DNA from: Owenia fusiformis
Lineage: Eukaryota
NCBI GenBank assembly: GCA_903813345.2
Contig: CAIIXF020000001.1
Span: 10,540,001 to 10,604,000 of the forward strand
DNA: 64,000 bases
Direction: 5' to 3'
In this document: in pieces, positions 40,801 through 53,800 of the stretch
Layout: each line of letters opens with the position of its first letter
Numbering within the stretch: the stretch's first letter is position 1
The notes under the pieces: generated by a model
Database searches by the model: none
Seen by the model: only the letters and a program-made list of their open reading frames with translations
What the model was told of the DNA's origin: nothing
Made by a program: the position numbers and the translations under genes

Positions 40801-42246
40801 ACGTGTTGAATGTCAGATGTTTTTGGATGGTATCTGCTCCAGTGATTTTGCATTTAATCATGAAACGCTCATCACAAGACACCTCGAAACAAACATTATC
40901 CTCCTTGAGGAAAAATGTTTCACAATATGTTATGCCTTACGGCAAAATAAAGATACATTCCTGGGACGACTTTTTTGCATCTTAAGATTTTAGAAAAACA
41001 ATTAATTCACAAAAGTACAGTTGAATAACATACTGGAAAACGTATCCACATATAACACGATGACTCGCAGTTTAAATAACAGTTTACTGGGGTTTTGTTA
41101 CATATCAATGTAACATTTTCGAAGGGAAACTTACATGCTCCCTGTACGTTGACAGATTTACTGAAATGTATCGTGTATTGCATTGAGTTTTGCTTCACTG
41201 CGCCCACTATTATCTATCTTTGCCTATAGTGGTTTTTTGCCAACAATATTCTACAAACTGCTTGATGAATCAATTCTATGTCTGGTAGAACACTAGAAAT
41301 AAATGTAAAATGTATTTTACGTTCAGAAATATGGAATTAAACCCACGTCCTCCATTTGCAACTTAGCTGTACCCTGTTTCCCTTTTAAACGTGGTCACGT
41401 GGTAGGGTAGTGTGATTATAAAACACTCATGACAATGTTGCAATTTTTAACTGAACAGTAAAATTTGGTAGAAATAAGCTATTGTTCGCAAAATCGATGA
41501 AAATTGAAAAGGCGTTTTTGACCCCCATGTCACATAAATGGTTATATCTTGAGCCAGGGTTGTTGAAAATTGTTCTATTATATATCATTTTGTTGCAAAT
41601 TAAATTATCTTTAAAATGCTACATGTTAAAAATGAATATTTATCAGAAATAATGGCTAGGGGGTGGGTTTGTTTTGGCCAACCCTGTAGTATATCATGGT
41701 TCCTTTATTCCAAAAATGAATAAATAAAAATGATTCCTAGACTGTATTGTGTCTCTTTAATGCATTAAATTAATTAGATTAAATGCAAAGGGGTTATATA
41801 AACGGGATGTTTTGGAAAAGGGTTTATTTCGAGGGAAATGCACACATTTCCCGAGGGATAAACCCTGTATCCAAAACTGACCGTACATAACAGATGGGTC
41901 ACATCTCGGTATATCTTACTTTTTAAGGGTCCAACATTTAAAAATGGATCATTGGTATTCTAAAAAGATATTGAAATAGCCCCTTACATTAATCTCCGTG
42001 AGAAATTACTTCTTGAACGTGATATTTATGGTTTGTTTTTTAGAAATTATCAAGGAAGTACGGCCGTTTGTAATAGAAACTGAAACTGAGACAACACCAC
42101 CAGTCCCAGAAACCTCAACACCAGAAGTCACAACAGTAGAAGAATATATTTCTACAAAGAAACAAAAAAATAAAAATAAAAAAAATAAAAGAACGACTAC
42201 AACTACAACTACAACTACGACTACGACTACGCCACCGGCTGCTTGA
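34857..42246 (+). CDS. Novel secreted microexon-family protein, paralogue D (191 aa, Lys- and Thr-rich at both ends)
   Basis: Exons 34857-35138, 36122-36191, 37126-37146 (21 nt), 42044-42246 give 576 nt. MNLGCWIIVLLCLFLTTTHAQDKKEKDKKNKNKKNKKTTTTTTAS...IPDSEFKIR/INIVNGILKVELLGEANSDMEEI/LFDVIKK/KIIKEVRPFVIETETETTPPVPETSTPEVTTVEEYISTKKQKNKNKKNKRTTTTTTTTTTTTTTPPAA*. Confidence 0.88.
36339..36653. mobile_element. Short hairpin element related to 6941-7317
   Basis: TTAGAGGTTATGTCACTATGACGTGAAATATGCC...GGCATATTTCACGTCATAGTGACATAA, plus pair TATTACATGCCT / AGGTATGTAATA. Confidence 0.55.
38870..41415. mobile_element. TIR element with TTA target duplication (PIF/Harbinger-like), middle layer
   Basis: TTA|TCACACTACCCTACC...GGTAGGGTAGTGTGA|TTA, splitting the outer element's arm. 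The same terminus is seen at about 11282. Confidence 0.7.
39557..40608. mobile_element. TA-flanked MITE, innermost layer
   Basis: TA|CAAGGGGCGATCCATATATTCTGATAAAAATGC...GCATTTTTATCAGAATATATGGATCGCCCCTTG|TA, with arms of about 200 bp. Confidence 0.82.
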
Positions 42247-44005
42247 AGTAGATTTCTAGCTGTGTTATGAATGTATGCATTTATAATAAAGGAACTTGTT
42301 TTTGGAATATAAATATATGTTTCGTCGATACGATGAATTTCCCTTTTGAATCACCAGAATAGGAATTGGACATGGTTGGCACGCTTAATTGCGTCCAATG
42401 ATACCACGTACCCTGAACAAAGAACCTATAGCTAGTAAAACAGAAACTTACATTTGTAAGGGTCTGTAAAGACATATATTTCATCTTTTCCGGTATTATA
42501 AGATGGAGGATTTTTATTTTTTTTCTAGAATGCATTTTATTTGATAATTGATTTATATCTAATATGACATCCCTTTGTTGTTTTTATTTAAAACATAGAT
42601 TTTCATACATATCCTTCTCATCCATGATAATTAACAAATACTGCGATTATATGATCTAGTGCAAATATTTGACCTTTGATTTTTAGGATCAGAAAAACAT
42701 GAATGGGCATTTATTGCGTTTTCCTTATTTCAATATGTGTTCTGTTTATATGGTTATAAATAAGAAATAGATCTATTACATATTAAGTGAGCATTGCAAT
42801 ATTAAAATATGCGTGCCAAGATATCCAATATCCAAGGAATAGTGACTTATTTCATTTTGAAAGAAGTCGTTTTTCAGAGCAGAAATGCTTTGTAGTAAAT
42901 TATGTATTTCTGACAATGATCGCCCCATGACATCAATATTCCATCTTTTAATGCAAGTTGGATGTAGTGTTGTGTTTTTGTTCATAAGTATGACTCTAAC
43001 GATTGCCCCTTAGGTGCAACTTCATGATCAGTGTCCATTTGGGAACTTTCTAATATCCTGCCATCATGCCATGTATTCCACCAATTTAGCCTCCTGGTGT
43101 TGAAATGGTAAATGCCTACTCGCATCTGGGTTATTCATTCTACATACAACCCGTAGTCCTTTTAGACTAATTGTAGTTGAGGAATGTTCTAAAAGAAAAT
43201 TTGGAGGTATCGGAAATAGTCAAGTTACATTTTCTCCCCCATTACTATTTTTTCTTTACAGGTAATGAAAATAGAAATTCAAACATATAGAGTCTTTAAC
43301 AGGACGGTAAGCCCACGGGGGAAAGATTCCCAAACTTATGGAGGGGAGTGTATAATATCATAAGTTGTTCCAATAAGTATAGAATGAAAGAAGCAAATTA
43401 ATTAACGAATCATAGATAACCCCATTATTGGGTCCATAATAGGGTATCATTATATGTCATTACAATATAAGGTTGCTACAGTTAATTTCATTTTGTAAAC
43501 ATAAGACGTTGGGATAGTGTGCAGGTTTCCACATCCTTGGAAAGTATCTTATTAGTCGTACCAATATACAATTTTCTATGTTTGCTGGTTTGTCCGTGAC
43601 CATTCGACAAACAGTAATAATACTAACACACTAGTCTTACTTCAAGACCTTGGACTATCTACTTTAACAACCTGTGTTGTTGAGCCAGGTCCACAGTCTT
43701 GAGGAAAGACTACTTACACATATATTTCGTCCATTTATTCAGTGTTAGTGTGTAATAAAATATGATGAAGCAATACTCGACAACATTTAGATATCAATCA
43801 TGAGAAAAAACTAAATGATGTAAAAAGCGCATTTATTATTCTAGTAAACAGTAAACATATTTCAATTTTGGATACTTACTAGTGAAAACCTGACCAATTA
43901 AAAAGGATAATTAGGAAAACAATATTTCTTAGTAATGACTTAATGATTTATAAGAAGAAAAATCAACTGAACATTTTCCAATAAACAGGGCTAATTAAGA
44001 ACAAA

Positions 44006-47000
44006 ATGAACCCTGAGTGTTGCACACTCGTATTACTTTGCTTGTTCTTAACAACAACGCATGCGGCTAAAGATAAAAGCAATACCACCACACCAATTGC
44101 AACGACAGTTCCCGAGGATAAAGAAGATATAATCAAGATACGTGTTCCAGGGCAACGACGAGCTAACCGAATTATTCCTGATAGTGAATTTAAATTCAGG
44201 GTGAGTATATAAAAGTTTGAGCCAAATCTCCATTAATGCAATCTGGCAATGATAAAATTCTTGAAATTCTTGAAATCTTGTTAATTCTTGTTTTTTTTTC
44301 GTGAGAGCTTAAGGGATTTGCATATTAAACCTTTAATGACCTACCTTTCCTTCTTTTTTAATAGCCTCCCGTTATTTGAATTCAGTGAAACGTTTTCCAC
44401 AATAAAAACTTTGATATATACAGTTATGTTATTTAAATCATTTCCCACGACTTTTTCAATTTCCCAAGCCTTGGGCCAAATCTCCATTGATTCAATCAGG
44501 CAATGATGAAATTCTTTAAATTCTTCTAATCTCGTTAATTTTGTTTTTTTCGGGAGATTTTAAGAGATCTGCATATTTAACCTCCAATGACTTACTTTTC
44601 CTTGTTTTAAATAGCATATTTGAATTCAATGAAAAGTGTTCCACATTGATAAAATTCATAAAAACTTGGTTTATTCGTTCGACAACGTAAATTTTCATGA
44701 TTTATCACAATGCATTTTACATGTAAGGGAACATGGGGCAAAGCGGCCCAAAAAATTTAATTTTAAGTTGTTCTGTACGGGGTATTCTCGTATCTGTCAA
44801 TGATCGCGCACTTTGATGTTCCACTTTATTAATGGTTTGTGGTTTACATTTTTCGAGTGTTTTATACTTTCCTAGGACTATCTTCTGTGATTTTTTAATG
44901 GTCAAAGATATTGTCGAGAGTGGGGCAAAACGGCCCATGGGTGGGGCAAAACGGCCCATCCTCTGTTACATGGGTTTTGAAACCAAAATTAATCAATTAC
45001 AAGACTCGTCCACAAACATCTTATCTCAGACGTTCAAACCTTTGACAGATAAAGCTTTCTTAACCCCTCGATAATTCTAGTCATTCGATATGTGTCGGAA
45101 GGAAATAAGGCACAAGCCAGATGTTAAAATTGTTACATTTGAAAACCAATTGTTCTTGCACAATAAGATTTTTGTATGTTATAACATGTGTGGGCCGTTT
45201 TGCCCCAAAAACATGTGAATTTTCAAATAGACGTCATTTTAATTTGCCTAATATTTGAAGCTCGAAATTTTTACAAATAAAGAATAAATGTGCACACTCT
45301 ATGAAAAATGTTAAATCAAAACGATATTCTATTGTTGCCGGATTTTTTAGAGATTCTCGTGAGAGGGGTAATTTCCAAAAAAGAGGGTGAAAAGTAGAAT
45401 TACCTCTTACGTAAAGCGAGACGCTGATTGGTTAAAAATGGACGGTCGAGAAGGTGGCAGATATTTCAAAATTCGATTTTGTGACTTTTGAAGAACCATC
45501 TTTTTATAGTTCAAAAGATATTTCGATGGGCCACTTTGCCCCAGAGGGCCGTTTTGCCCCATGTTCCCCTACTACCCATACTATGGCATTCTTGTTTTAG
45601 GCAATTTCATCCAACACCTTTTGATAAATCATGAAATCAAGTGACTATTGCTTTTAAGTAGTTTTAATATGGGGAAGTCTATGGCAGTCCGGCCCAAACA
45701 AAACAATTAAAAACAAGTAGTGACATCTATTTATTCAGTTACAGAAACTCCCCTATTGAAGTAAACGAACAGCACGGAATACCACACACCTCGATGCTCG
45801 TTGAGTTCTATCGAAGTTGCACCTTTATTTATTTGATCCATAGATAAAAAATCCGGTGGGAATTATGTCCGATGTGTACATTTCGGCATTTGGAACATGT
45901 TTTGTAAATGGCCATGTGACCATCGGAAATAGACCAATGAAGGAAAGAACATTTGACAAGGATTAATTATGCCAAATATGATTCTAAACCAATGATGAAT
46001 GTTAAGATACATCTTCAGACAGCAGGATTGATTGAGTTTAGTAATGATGTCATTATGTCAGAATATTCAAATAGTCATTCATTTTTATTTCGCTTAATAG
46101 TATCAAGGGCTTATCTAATACCCGGGGCTCAGTAACCCCCCTATCACACCAAACTAGTTCTTACCCGTTCTTGCCAGTCCTACGAAAACGTCGTAAAACC
46201 GGCTCAATCTGTCTGTGGTCGGGAAATATGTCTAAAATAATTAGCTACTTCGTTCATAAACAGTCTTCAATTCGTCCATCTCATTCGCAGTTCGTTCAGG
46301 TCGCACCACGTCGGTGTGCAACGTCGTATAACGCGTCCCTTAGTCTAGAAGGTCATCATGACCTGATTACAGAACGGTATGGTCGCTATCGAATTTTGAA
46401 TCGATTCAAAATTCTAAATCACATTCCCTGTCCGGGAAAGTCCATGAAGTTCGTAAAAAGACGTAGAACGTTGTAGCTACGTTCATTCCGTTCGCACACA
46501 GTTTAAAACCAGTTTTGAAGAACGCAGTGGCAACTTGCTTGGTGTGATAGCTATAATTTTGCTAACTCGCTGATAAATACGTCCCTAATCAGTTTAAACC
46601 CGTTTGCAATTAGTTCTACCTCGTTCTCAATGCGTCCTCAGACAGTTCAACTCGTTGTAAAAACGTCCCTAGTAGGATTCAAGTACGACGGTTCCGTTCG
46701 TAGTACGTCCAGCTCGTCGTTAGTAGGTTGTCATTCGTTCTAATTGTAAAACGTGACGACCAAGATAACATTTTGAGCATGTTCTAAGTTCTAGAGGACC
46801 TACCCGTTCAAGTCCCTTCGATGAAGTTTGTAAATAGACCCCAAATGGTTCTAAAGCTCTGGGGGGTTCCCTCCTCTTGTAGTGAAGGGTTAGCTTTCTC
46901 AGACTTAGCTTGGCACCCTTTTCAGCACCGTTTTGCGCTCATTTTACTCTATTTCATTTTGAACATAGGTGGTAGTAATCTGCAGCACATCTTGATTTTC

Positions 47001-49561
47001 TTCTGATTTGATGTGAGTTAGAACTGATGTTCGCGTTGGTGGAAGTCTAGGACGCCTGCAGTTGTATTCATGAGCTTTCATGGGTATCTTTTGCCGCCAT
47101 TAGATATAATTTTTGATAATTTCAGATTAATATCGTAGATGGAGTTTTGAAAGTGGAGTTGTTGGGAGAATCAAACTCGGAGATGGAAGAAATATGTAAG
47201 ATGTGTGCAATAGTATTAGATTCTCCACCACGGTATCTCGATTCTGTTTCTTATCTAAAGCTAGAGGCCTAGGCTACCTGATGTGTAAACCTAACAAAAA
47301 CTCATGGGTTACATTTCTGCAGGACCCGCATGATATGATTTGACACTTATTAATAGAAGTAACTGAACATTACATGGACAATATGATACCGTGGTGGGGA
47401 GTATTGTTAGAAAATAGTTAAAAGTTGTAGTACTCATTCCCATAGACTTGGACATGTTGGACAGTCTTGAAAAAATCCCATGTAAAAGGAAAATTGCCTT
47501 TTAATATTATCTTTTGATTTTGGATTTTTCGTACTACTTAAAATAGGTGAGATGCCATTTTCTTTGATGTTTTTACCTTGAAGTAACTCGTAATGCCCTT
47601 TACAATGATGCGCAACACTTGTACCTGATATATCTGCATTTTACAGAGCGGTTCGAAAAACGCCAATACTTAATTTTGCTATAATTTTTTAAGCATTCTC
47701 TAGAGTTGCTGAATAAGTTATTCTCGAAATGTCGTTACTGCATAAGTGAAATAATCTTCTCTTCTGTTTTAGTGTTCGACATGATTAGAAAGAGTAAGTG
47801 CACTTTTACTACATAGTAGCCTGATTTGTTTGATAAAACTGAGTCAGCAATAGTAAACTTAAAAATGTATGCTCTATGTGGATCTAGGCTGTAATATCGT
47901 TACCTTCTAAGGATCCAATGCAAAAGATCGGTTTTTGGTGTTCATTTCATACTTTTTTTTATCAAAGAACAACTTTTTCAACAGTATTTGAGTCTGGCCA
48001 TGGGAAAACCAGTCTTATAACAAAAATTAAAATTGTGCTACAGAGCCAAAAATGTGCCCAAGATTAAGAGGAAATGTGCTAAATTCAAATCCGACTTTTT
48101 GGTCTGTGTGAAAAATTGTTAAGACATAATTAAGCCATGGCTCATTTGAAAGGTCGCTTTGTGCTTTTTATAACATAAACAAAAATCAGAATATTGAAAA
48201 ATCTGTGATAAGATCCCTTTTCCTCTGGCCTGGCTCATTTACAATTTCATACAACTGCATGTATTATGTATGGGTATATACACGCCCAATTCTCAACACG
48301 TCATACAAACGCAAGTGAACGACGGGCTTTTGGCACCAAGTTTGTAACTACTCATTTATTTCAACGTTTTGACAGAATATGGGCCTTTCCCCTAAGAAAA
48401 ACCGTCCATGCTACGCAGAGATGCCTCTAGTATAGCTACGTCTCAATATTTTTTTGAATACGTTCTAGAACTTCTCAAATTTTCTAGAAAGCACGGCAAT
48501 TTCTTGAAAAATTACAACAAAATCCATCATATTTTGGTCATCTTCATCCACGGCGTTGCTATGGTAACAAAGTATAGATATGCCATATTTACTTTGTTAC
48601 CATAGCAACGCTGTTACGGATTCAGAATTGCCGACTTATATATCCTGATTGCATTATCTATACTATTACCTTCCATTTGATGTAAATTTCATCAAAATCT
48701 GGGTACTATGACGGAAATAGAGGCCAAACATTGAAAAGAGCATCTAAAAGTGGGGGTGGTATATTTAATTGGTTACCATACCAACGCCGTCGCGGATTCA
48801 GAATTCCATTTTTCTTTATCAGTATCACTTCTAGTCTATGAAAGCATGTGTCGCTTAGTTGCCTCTAAAAAGGACACGGAACCTCTTATTAGGACTTTTG
48901 ATCCCAGACTATTAGAAGAAGGACATATGAGCTACAACATCATGGTGCACGTCGTACACACACTTCAAGTCGTACACTTCCAACTGAAATTAATTTAATT
49001 TCTCTGAATTCTTTCATTTGTTTTGGAAAATGAAGGGCCTGGATGATGCATAATCATTTTATTAATAATATAGTCATTATTGAGACGTAGCGATACCAGA
49101 GGCAACTCTGCGTAGCATGGGCAATGTTTCTATGAGGGATAAAGTCCCATCTGTCATCACGTTGAAATGAGTATTTGCAAACTAAGCGCCAAAAGCACGT
49201 CGTCCACTTCCGTTTGTACGACGTGTTGAGAATGGGGCGTGATATACAGACTCTGAATTATCCACACTTCATATACCCACACGTTATGGACCCAGAAACC
49301 TAATATAAGTAGTAATGGAATAAAACGAATTATTTAGCCAATGGCCATGCAATCCAAAATAAACAAAATTATACGGAAAGTATGGCCCCTTACATTTGTT
49401 TTCACTGGTAACATGGAAAAACATGATAAGTATGCTCTCTGTTTTTAGAATTTATCGAAGTAGTTCAGCCGTTTGTATTAGAGGCTGATACAACAACACT
49501 TGTTCCAGAAACTTCAACAAAAAAGAAGCCAACAAATAAGAGAAAACCGACCACTTCATGA
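44006..49561 (+). CDS. Novel secreted microexon-family protein, paralogue E (132 aa; recent duplicate of D)
   Basis: Exons 44006-44200, 47126-47195, 47773-47793 (21 nt), 49449-49561 give 399 nt. MNPECCTLVLLCLFLTTTHAAKDK...RVPGQRRANRIIPDSEFKFR/INIVDGVLKVELLGESNSEMEEI/LFDMIRK/KFIEVVQPFVLEADTTTLVPETSTKKKPTNKRKPTTS*. Confidence 0.88.
44221..44705. repeat. Imperfect ~255-bp tandem duplication in intron
   Basis: GCCAAATCTCCATT.AT.CAATC.GGCAATGAT.AAATTCT starts at 44221 and again at about 44475, with similar downstream sequence. Confidence 0.65.
44723..45572. mobile_element. MITE with repeated GGGGCAAAACGGCCC subterminal motifs
   Basis: TIR GTAAGGGAACATGGGGCAAAGCGGCCC / GGGCCGTTTTGCCCCATGTTCCCCTAC. 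Confidence 0.75.
46136..46852 (-). mobile_element. ~800-bp element, copy 2 (truncated)
   Basis: Reverse complement of about 21310-22039. Confidence 0.85.
48281..49241. mobile_element. Long-TIR MITE
   Basis: CACGCCCAATTCTCAACACGTCATACAAACG / CGTTTGTACGACGTGTTGAGAATGGGGCGTG. Arms extend to CCATGCTACGCAGAG / CTCTGCGTAGCATGG. Confidence 0.7.
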
Positions 49562-50874
49562 GCTGCTTGTCATTGATTCTTCATGCTTTCATAATAAAGG
49601 AAAATTATTTTTAGAATATAGATGTATGTTTGATTTTCTGTTTCTCGCATATTTAGGGGGAGGGGGCGGGAATTATATGTCAAAAATAGAATTTCACTCA
49701 GCTTCAACACTATTCATCGATGCAGTGAATTTTTATTTTGCGTCACAGGAAAGAAATTGAATAAGGTTAGCAAGCTTTATTGCCTCCATTGATACCCCGT
49801 TTATCCCTGAACAAATAATTATCTTGATTTAAAGGGTGACGCATATCGTTTAGCAAATCGAACGCTCGTTTCTGGTGTTGCTCACCGTTTAGTATAAAAG
49901 GCCCGATCCCGGAATAATACTCAAGGGTTCACAGGCTCGAGGTCGTTGTGTCAACACCTCTAACTGTTATATAGCATAAGTATATTATAGATCGTCACAT
50001 ATTTATAAAACGGTGATTTTTATTTTGACAAATCAATTCCACATTTATGGGTGAAGTTTCAGGATCTTCTATTTGTGTATAATAAGGAAAAATTGACATC
50101 TAAATTTCCCCATAACGTAATAGCACACAGCTTGGTATATGAAATATCCTATAAATGAAACAAAGCAGTTCTAATACAAGGATTTATATTGGCTGTTGTA
50201 CATATTCTTTGAACGCAATCACTCTATGGATAATGTTTTCAAAATCATTATAAACGGATTACTATATCTCAAAGACAATTTCAATAAACTGGATTTTACA
50301 GAACTCCCCTTATTTCTTAAAAATGGACTGATCCAGTCGATTCGCCTGGAGCCGCCATATTGTTTTTATACGGGATGCTTATCGGAACCCTTTAAGAACA
50401 AACTTAAAATTCTAAAATGCTCTTTGGACCGTATGTAACAATATATTTCATCATTCCCGGTATTAAATGATGCACTATTTTTATTTTGTTTAAAAAAATG
50501 TTTTATTCACTTATTGACACTTAACATGACTTCCCGGCATTGTATTGTTATAGTTTTAACAGATGAGCATGATAAATTTTAATCACGGAAAAAATATGTA
50601 ATATAATCTGTTAATTAAATAATTAGATATGCAATCTCATATACATATTGCCATGAATAACATGTTGACATGCCTTGCGTTATTTGCCTTTATAGGAACC
50701 CTGTCAGTGTGCTAATTTTAATTAGTATTTTGGATTATAAGCACTTGCGATACTTCTATATACGATTAACTCTATGATAAATGCAAAAGTTCGCTGTTGT
50801 AGTTATAATTATTACAGTAACAACATTGTAAAGTTGTATTTTAAAGTCATACACAAATCAGTATCACGTACAGA

Positions 50875-53800
50875 ATGAACGTGAAATGGCTTATGATCTC
50901 GTGCCTTATCGTAGCGTATATAATGGTTGTAGAAGGCTGGAAAAGCAAATATGCTGGTACAGAGTTCAAAGTCAGGGTGAGTATATGTTACTAGGAACTT
51001 TGGTCGTGGGTCTATAATCACTCCAAAATAATTACTCCATAATGTCAGGTATGTTAAGTATCTTTTAATCAAATTTTAGTATCACTAGCAAAAAAACTAC
51101 TGGGCTGGTGTAACAAAGTATTCAAAAGCAAGTATCCCTAAATCAATTGTTGCAACGATAGATATATACTATAGTCATAGTGAGGAAACAATAGACTTTA
51201 TGAAGTCTCTCTTACGACAGTTTTGGGGAAATAGAGATGTCTAGTGTAGATATTAAGTATGCCGAAAAAAAATTATTTCTGTGGGCTTCTGACACCGGTG
51301 GTATATATAATTCATGGAAATTTCCACTAGATTGCAGGAGACGCAATGTCCGATTAATGTTAGACAGAGACTCATGATAGTAGAGGAACACAAATTGAAT
51401 CAATTCTGTTAAAGATTCCACCTTGACCTGTTCAAAGTCATACAATGTGATACTTGGCCCATTATAGATGCATCCGAGTGTTTGGCTATATATCATATTT
51501 AATGTTAATCCACTAAAGAAGTAGGAATGGGACGCCTAAGAGTTTTAGTTACACTTGACGATGTAACGGGCATCTGGTCAATAGTAGTAATACGTTGAGG
51601 ATTTCATGAATTCAAGAGAAAATTTAATAAACACGTTCACACAACCTTAACAAAAGCAAGAAACTGAAATATTTTGAATCGATTTTTAGATTAGGTTCGA
51701 CGAGGCTGGACAAGTAAAAATAAAATTGTTAGGGCCAAAGAACAAAAGGCAGAAACAAAAAAGTAAGAAATTGAGTATTTATCATGAATATGCATTCAAA
51801 AAGTTCCCAAAGAAATCTCTGAAGGCTATGAACTATCAACAATGTCATGGCCTCATCACAGCAAGGCGTTCGAATTCTTAGCTTGGAATTTTTAATGATC
51901 ATTTTCTCAGACTCTAGATAGTGTTGGACATTTTCAGGAACACACTGTAAACTTATATTTTGATTAAATATTTGCTGCATGGAACTTATAATTTGGTTGA
52001 CAGTTTTGAATGGTCGAGGAACAACTTGTTTCATCTATATGGGTTTAAAAGTTCAGTATGTCATGTTATGAGATTTATGGGTTTCTTCCAAAAAGTTGAA
52101 ACTCAGGCATCAAAAAGATGTTGACAGATTAATAGTTTTCCTCACCCAGTGGTTTAATGAGATTAGAGATTAGAGCTGGGAACAAAGAACGCTCAACGCA
52201 GAGTTTCAGTGATCCAGCCAGTGATAGATAAAACATTCCCTCTGACCGGGTCATAGCTTGTGAGGTGCCCTGGGATACTGGGGTCAACTTCCAGAGTCTG
52301 GGGTTTGCATAAGCCAGCTGAATCGCTGATCTGCTCTGTGTTGTTGTAAGGCCATTAATCATTTTGATCACTGGTCACTTTGAGTTTAAAAACCTGCACT
52401 GGTAAAGAATTGGACACTTTTCGGCTTGGCTTTAGATTGTGAAAATGTATTGTAATTTGTAACTGTAACTAAACTTTAAAATTATTAAATAAATTATGAG
52501 TATTAAGGAATCGACTAGTTTGTCCATGGGCTCTATCAGGTGGTAGAGCCCATGGTTTGTCATTCTTTACAAAATTAGATAAACTTTTAACAATGGATTG
52601 GACCGACCCAGGGGTCCAACAATAGTTTGAGCAAAGTAAGATGCATGAGAGGACAGAACAAACCTTTTGATAACTAATCCGTTTCATAGCTTCAAATCCC
52701 CAAAATCACAGCCCATTCAACATATCGAGCATGATTATCCAAATAAATTCCTGATTTATTGTATCAGGCGTATAAAAAAGGCAACAAACAAATAAATCGT
52801 AAAACCGCAAAATGATCAGTGATCACTGCACATATTTCACCCATTTGCCATGAAATCACATAAATATTTCTTCTTTTTTCAAGGATATGTCATGTATTTA
52901 CATTGAATAATGGTTAGCTAATAATCATTGTTTTGCACAGTGGGTCAAAAATTGGTTTTAGACAAAAGAAAAGTCAGCGCACTGGCCTGGTGCTGGACAT
53001 GGCAAAAAAAAGTAAAATTGATGACAGCGTCTACATTGATTTCATTCAATGTAATATGAAGCTACAATCATTTTCAAAGATATGTCATTTTTATGCATTG
53101 GGTCATAATGTGCTGAATAATCATTCCTTATAGATAGTGGGCCAAATTAAGCTGAGGATTAAGTTTTAGACATTGCAAAAACCAATGCACATGCCCATGT
53201 GTAGCATAAACAGTTAGGTATTCATGCTCATAGTCACATATCCCTTCACATTTCTTTGCATATAGAGATGGGCTCATCTCTCCATGTTATGCAGTCACCT
53301 ATGGGTTTCGGGCGAAGAACACATATGTTGGTGATTCTTCCTCGGTCTGTTGCAATGTTGTGGAGGGGTGGTGAACACTTTGTTTCTGAGATAGCCCAAG
53401 AGGAAAAGGCACAACAAGTCAGGTCAGGAAATCTTCCAATAGCACCAGCCAGACCCGCGAACTGACTCTTGCAATGTTTAAATTGAATGATTATTTCGAC
53501 AACCACGACTACATGTAAATAAAATGACTTATCATTTAAAAGAGGGGAAACATGGCTTCATGAATCAGTAAGTGAAATTGATGCAGTCATCGCTGGTTTT
53601 CTAGATCTGGTTTTACGATTTATTTGCTTTTTTGATACGGACTATATATAATATGCTTGTAAGCACAACATTATCCAATTAAAAGTAAGAAAAACAACAT
53701 CAATGTATGGTAATTAATTGTGTTTTTTGTTTATTTCAGTTTACGATTATATCAGAAAAAGTGAGTTTAACTTATTATATAACGAAACAAATTACAATAT

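Larger units (their letters stand above)
37316..41686. mobile_element. Tc1/mariner-derived long-TIR element (outer layer of nested stack)
   Basis: TA|CAGGGTGGGCCAAAAAAACCCACCCC...GGGGTGGGTTTGTTTTGGCCAACCCTG|TA. The right arm is split (38761-38866 and 41419-41686) by an inserted element. Degenerate DYHIRGHL / GGSIEPYL transposase C-terminus on the minus strand at about 37750-37975. Confidence 0.8.

Noticed and set aside
46171-46476. Similar ORFs at 46171-46476 and 53921-54154, suggesting a gene family
   Set aside because: Both lie within copies of the ~800-bp repeat element, differ by frameshifts, and show no recognisable protein motif.
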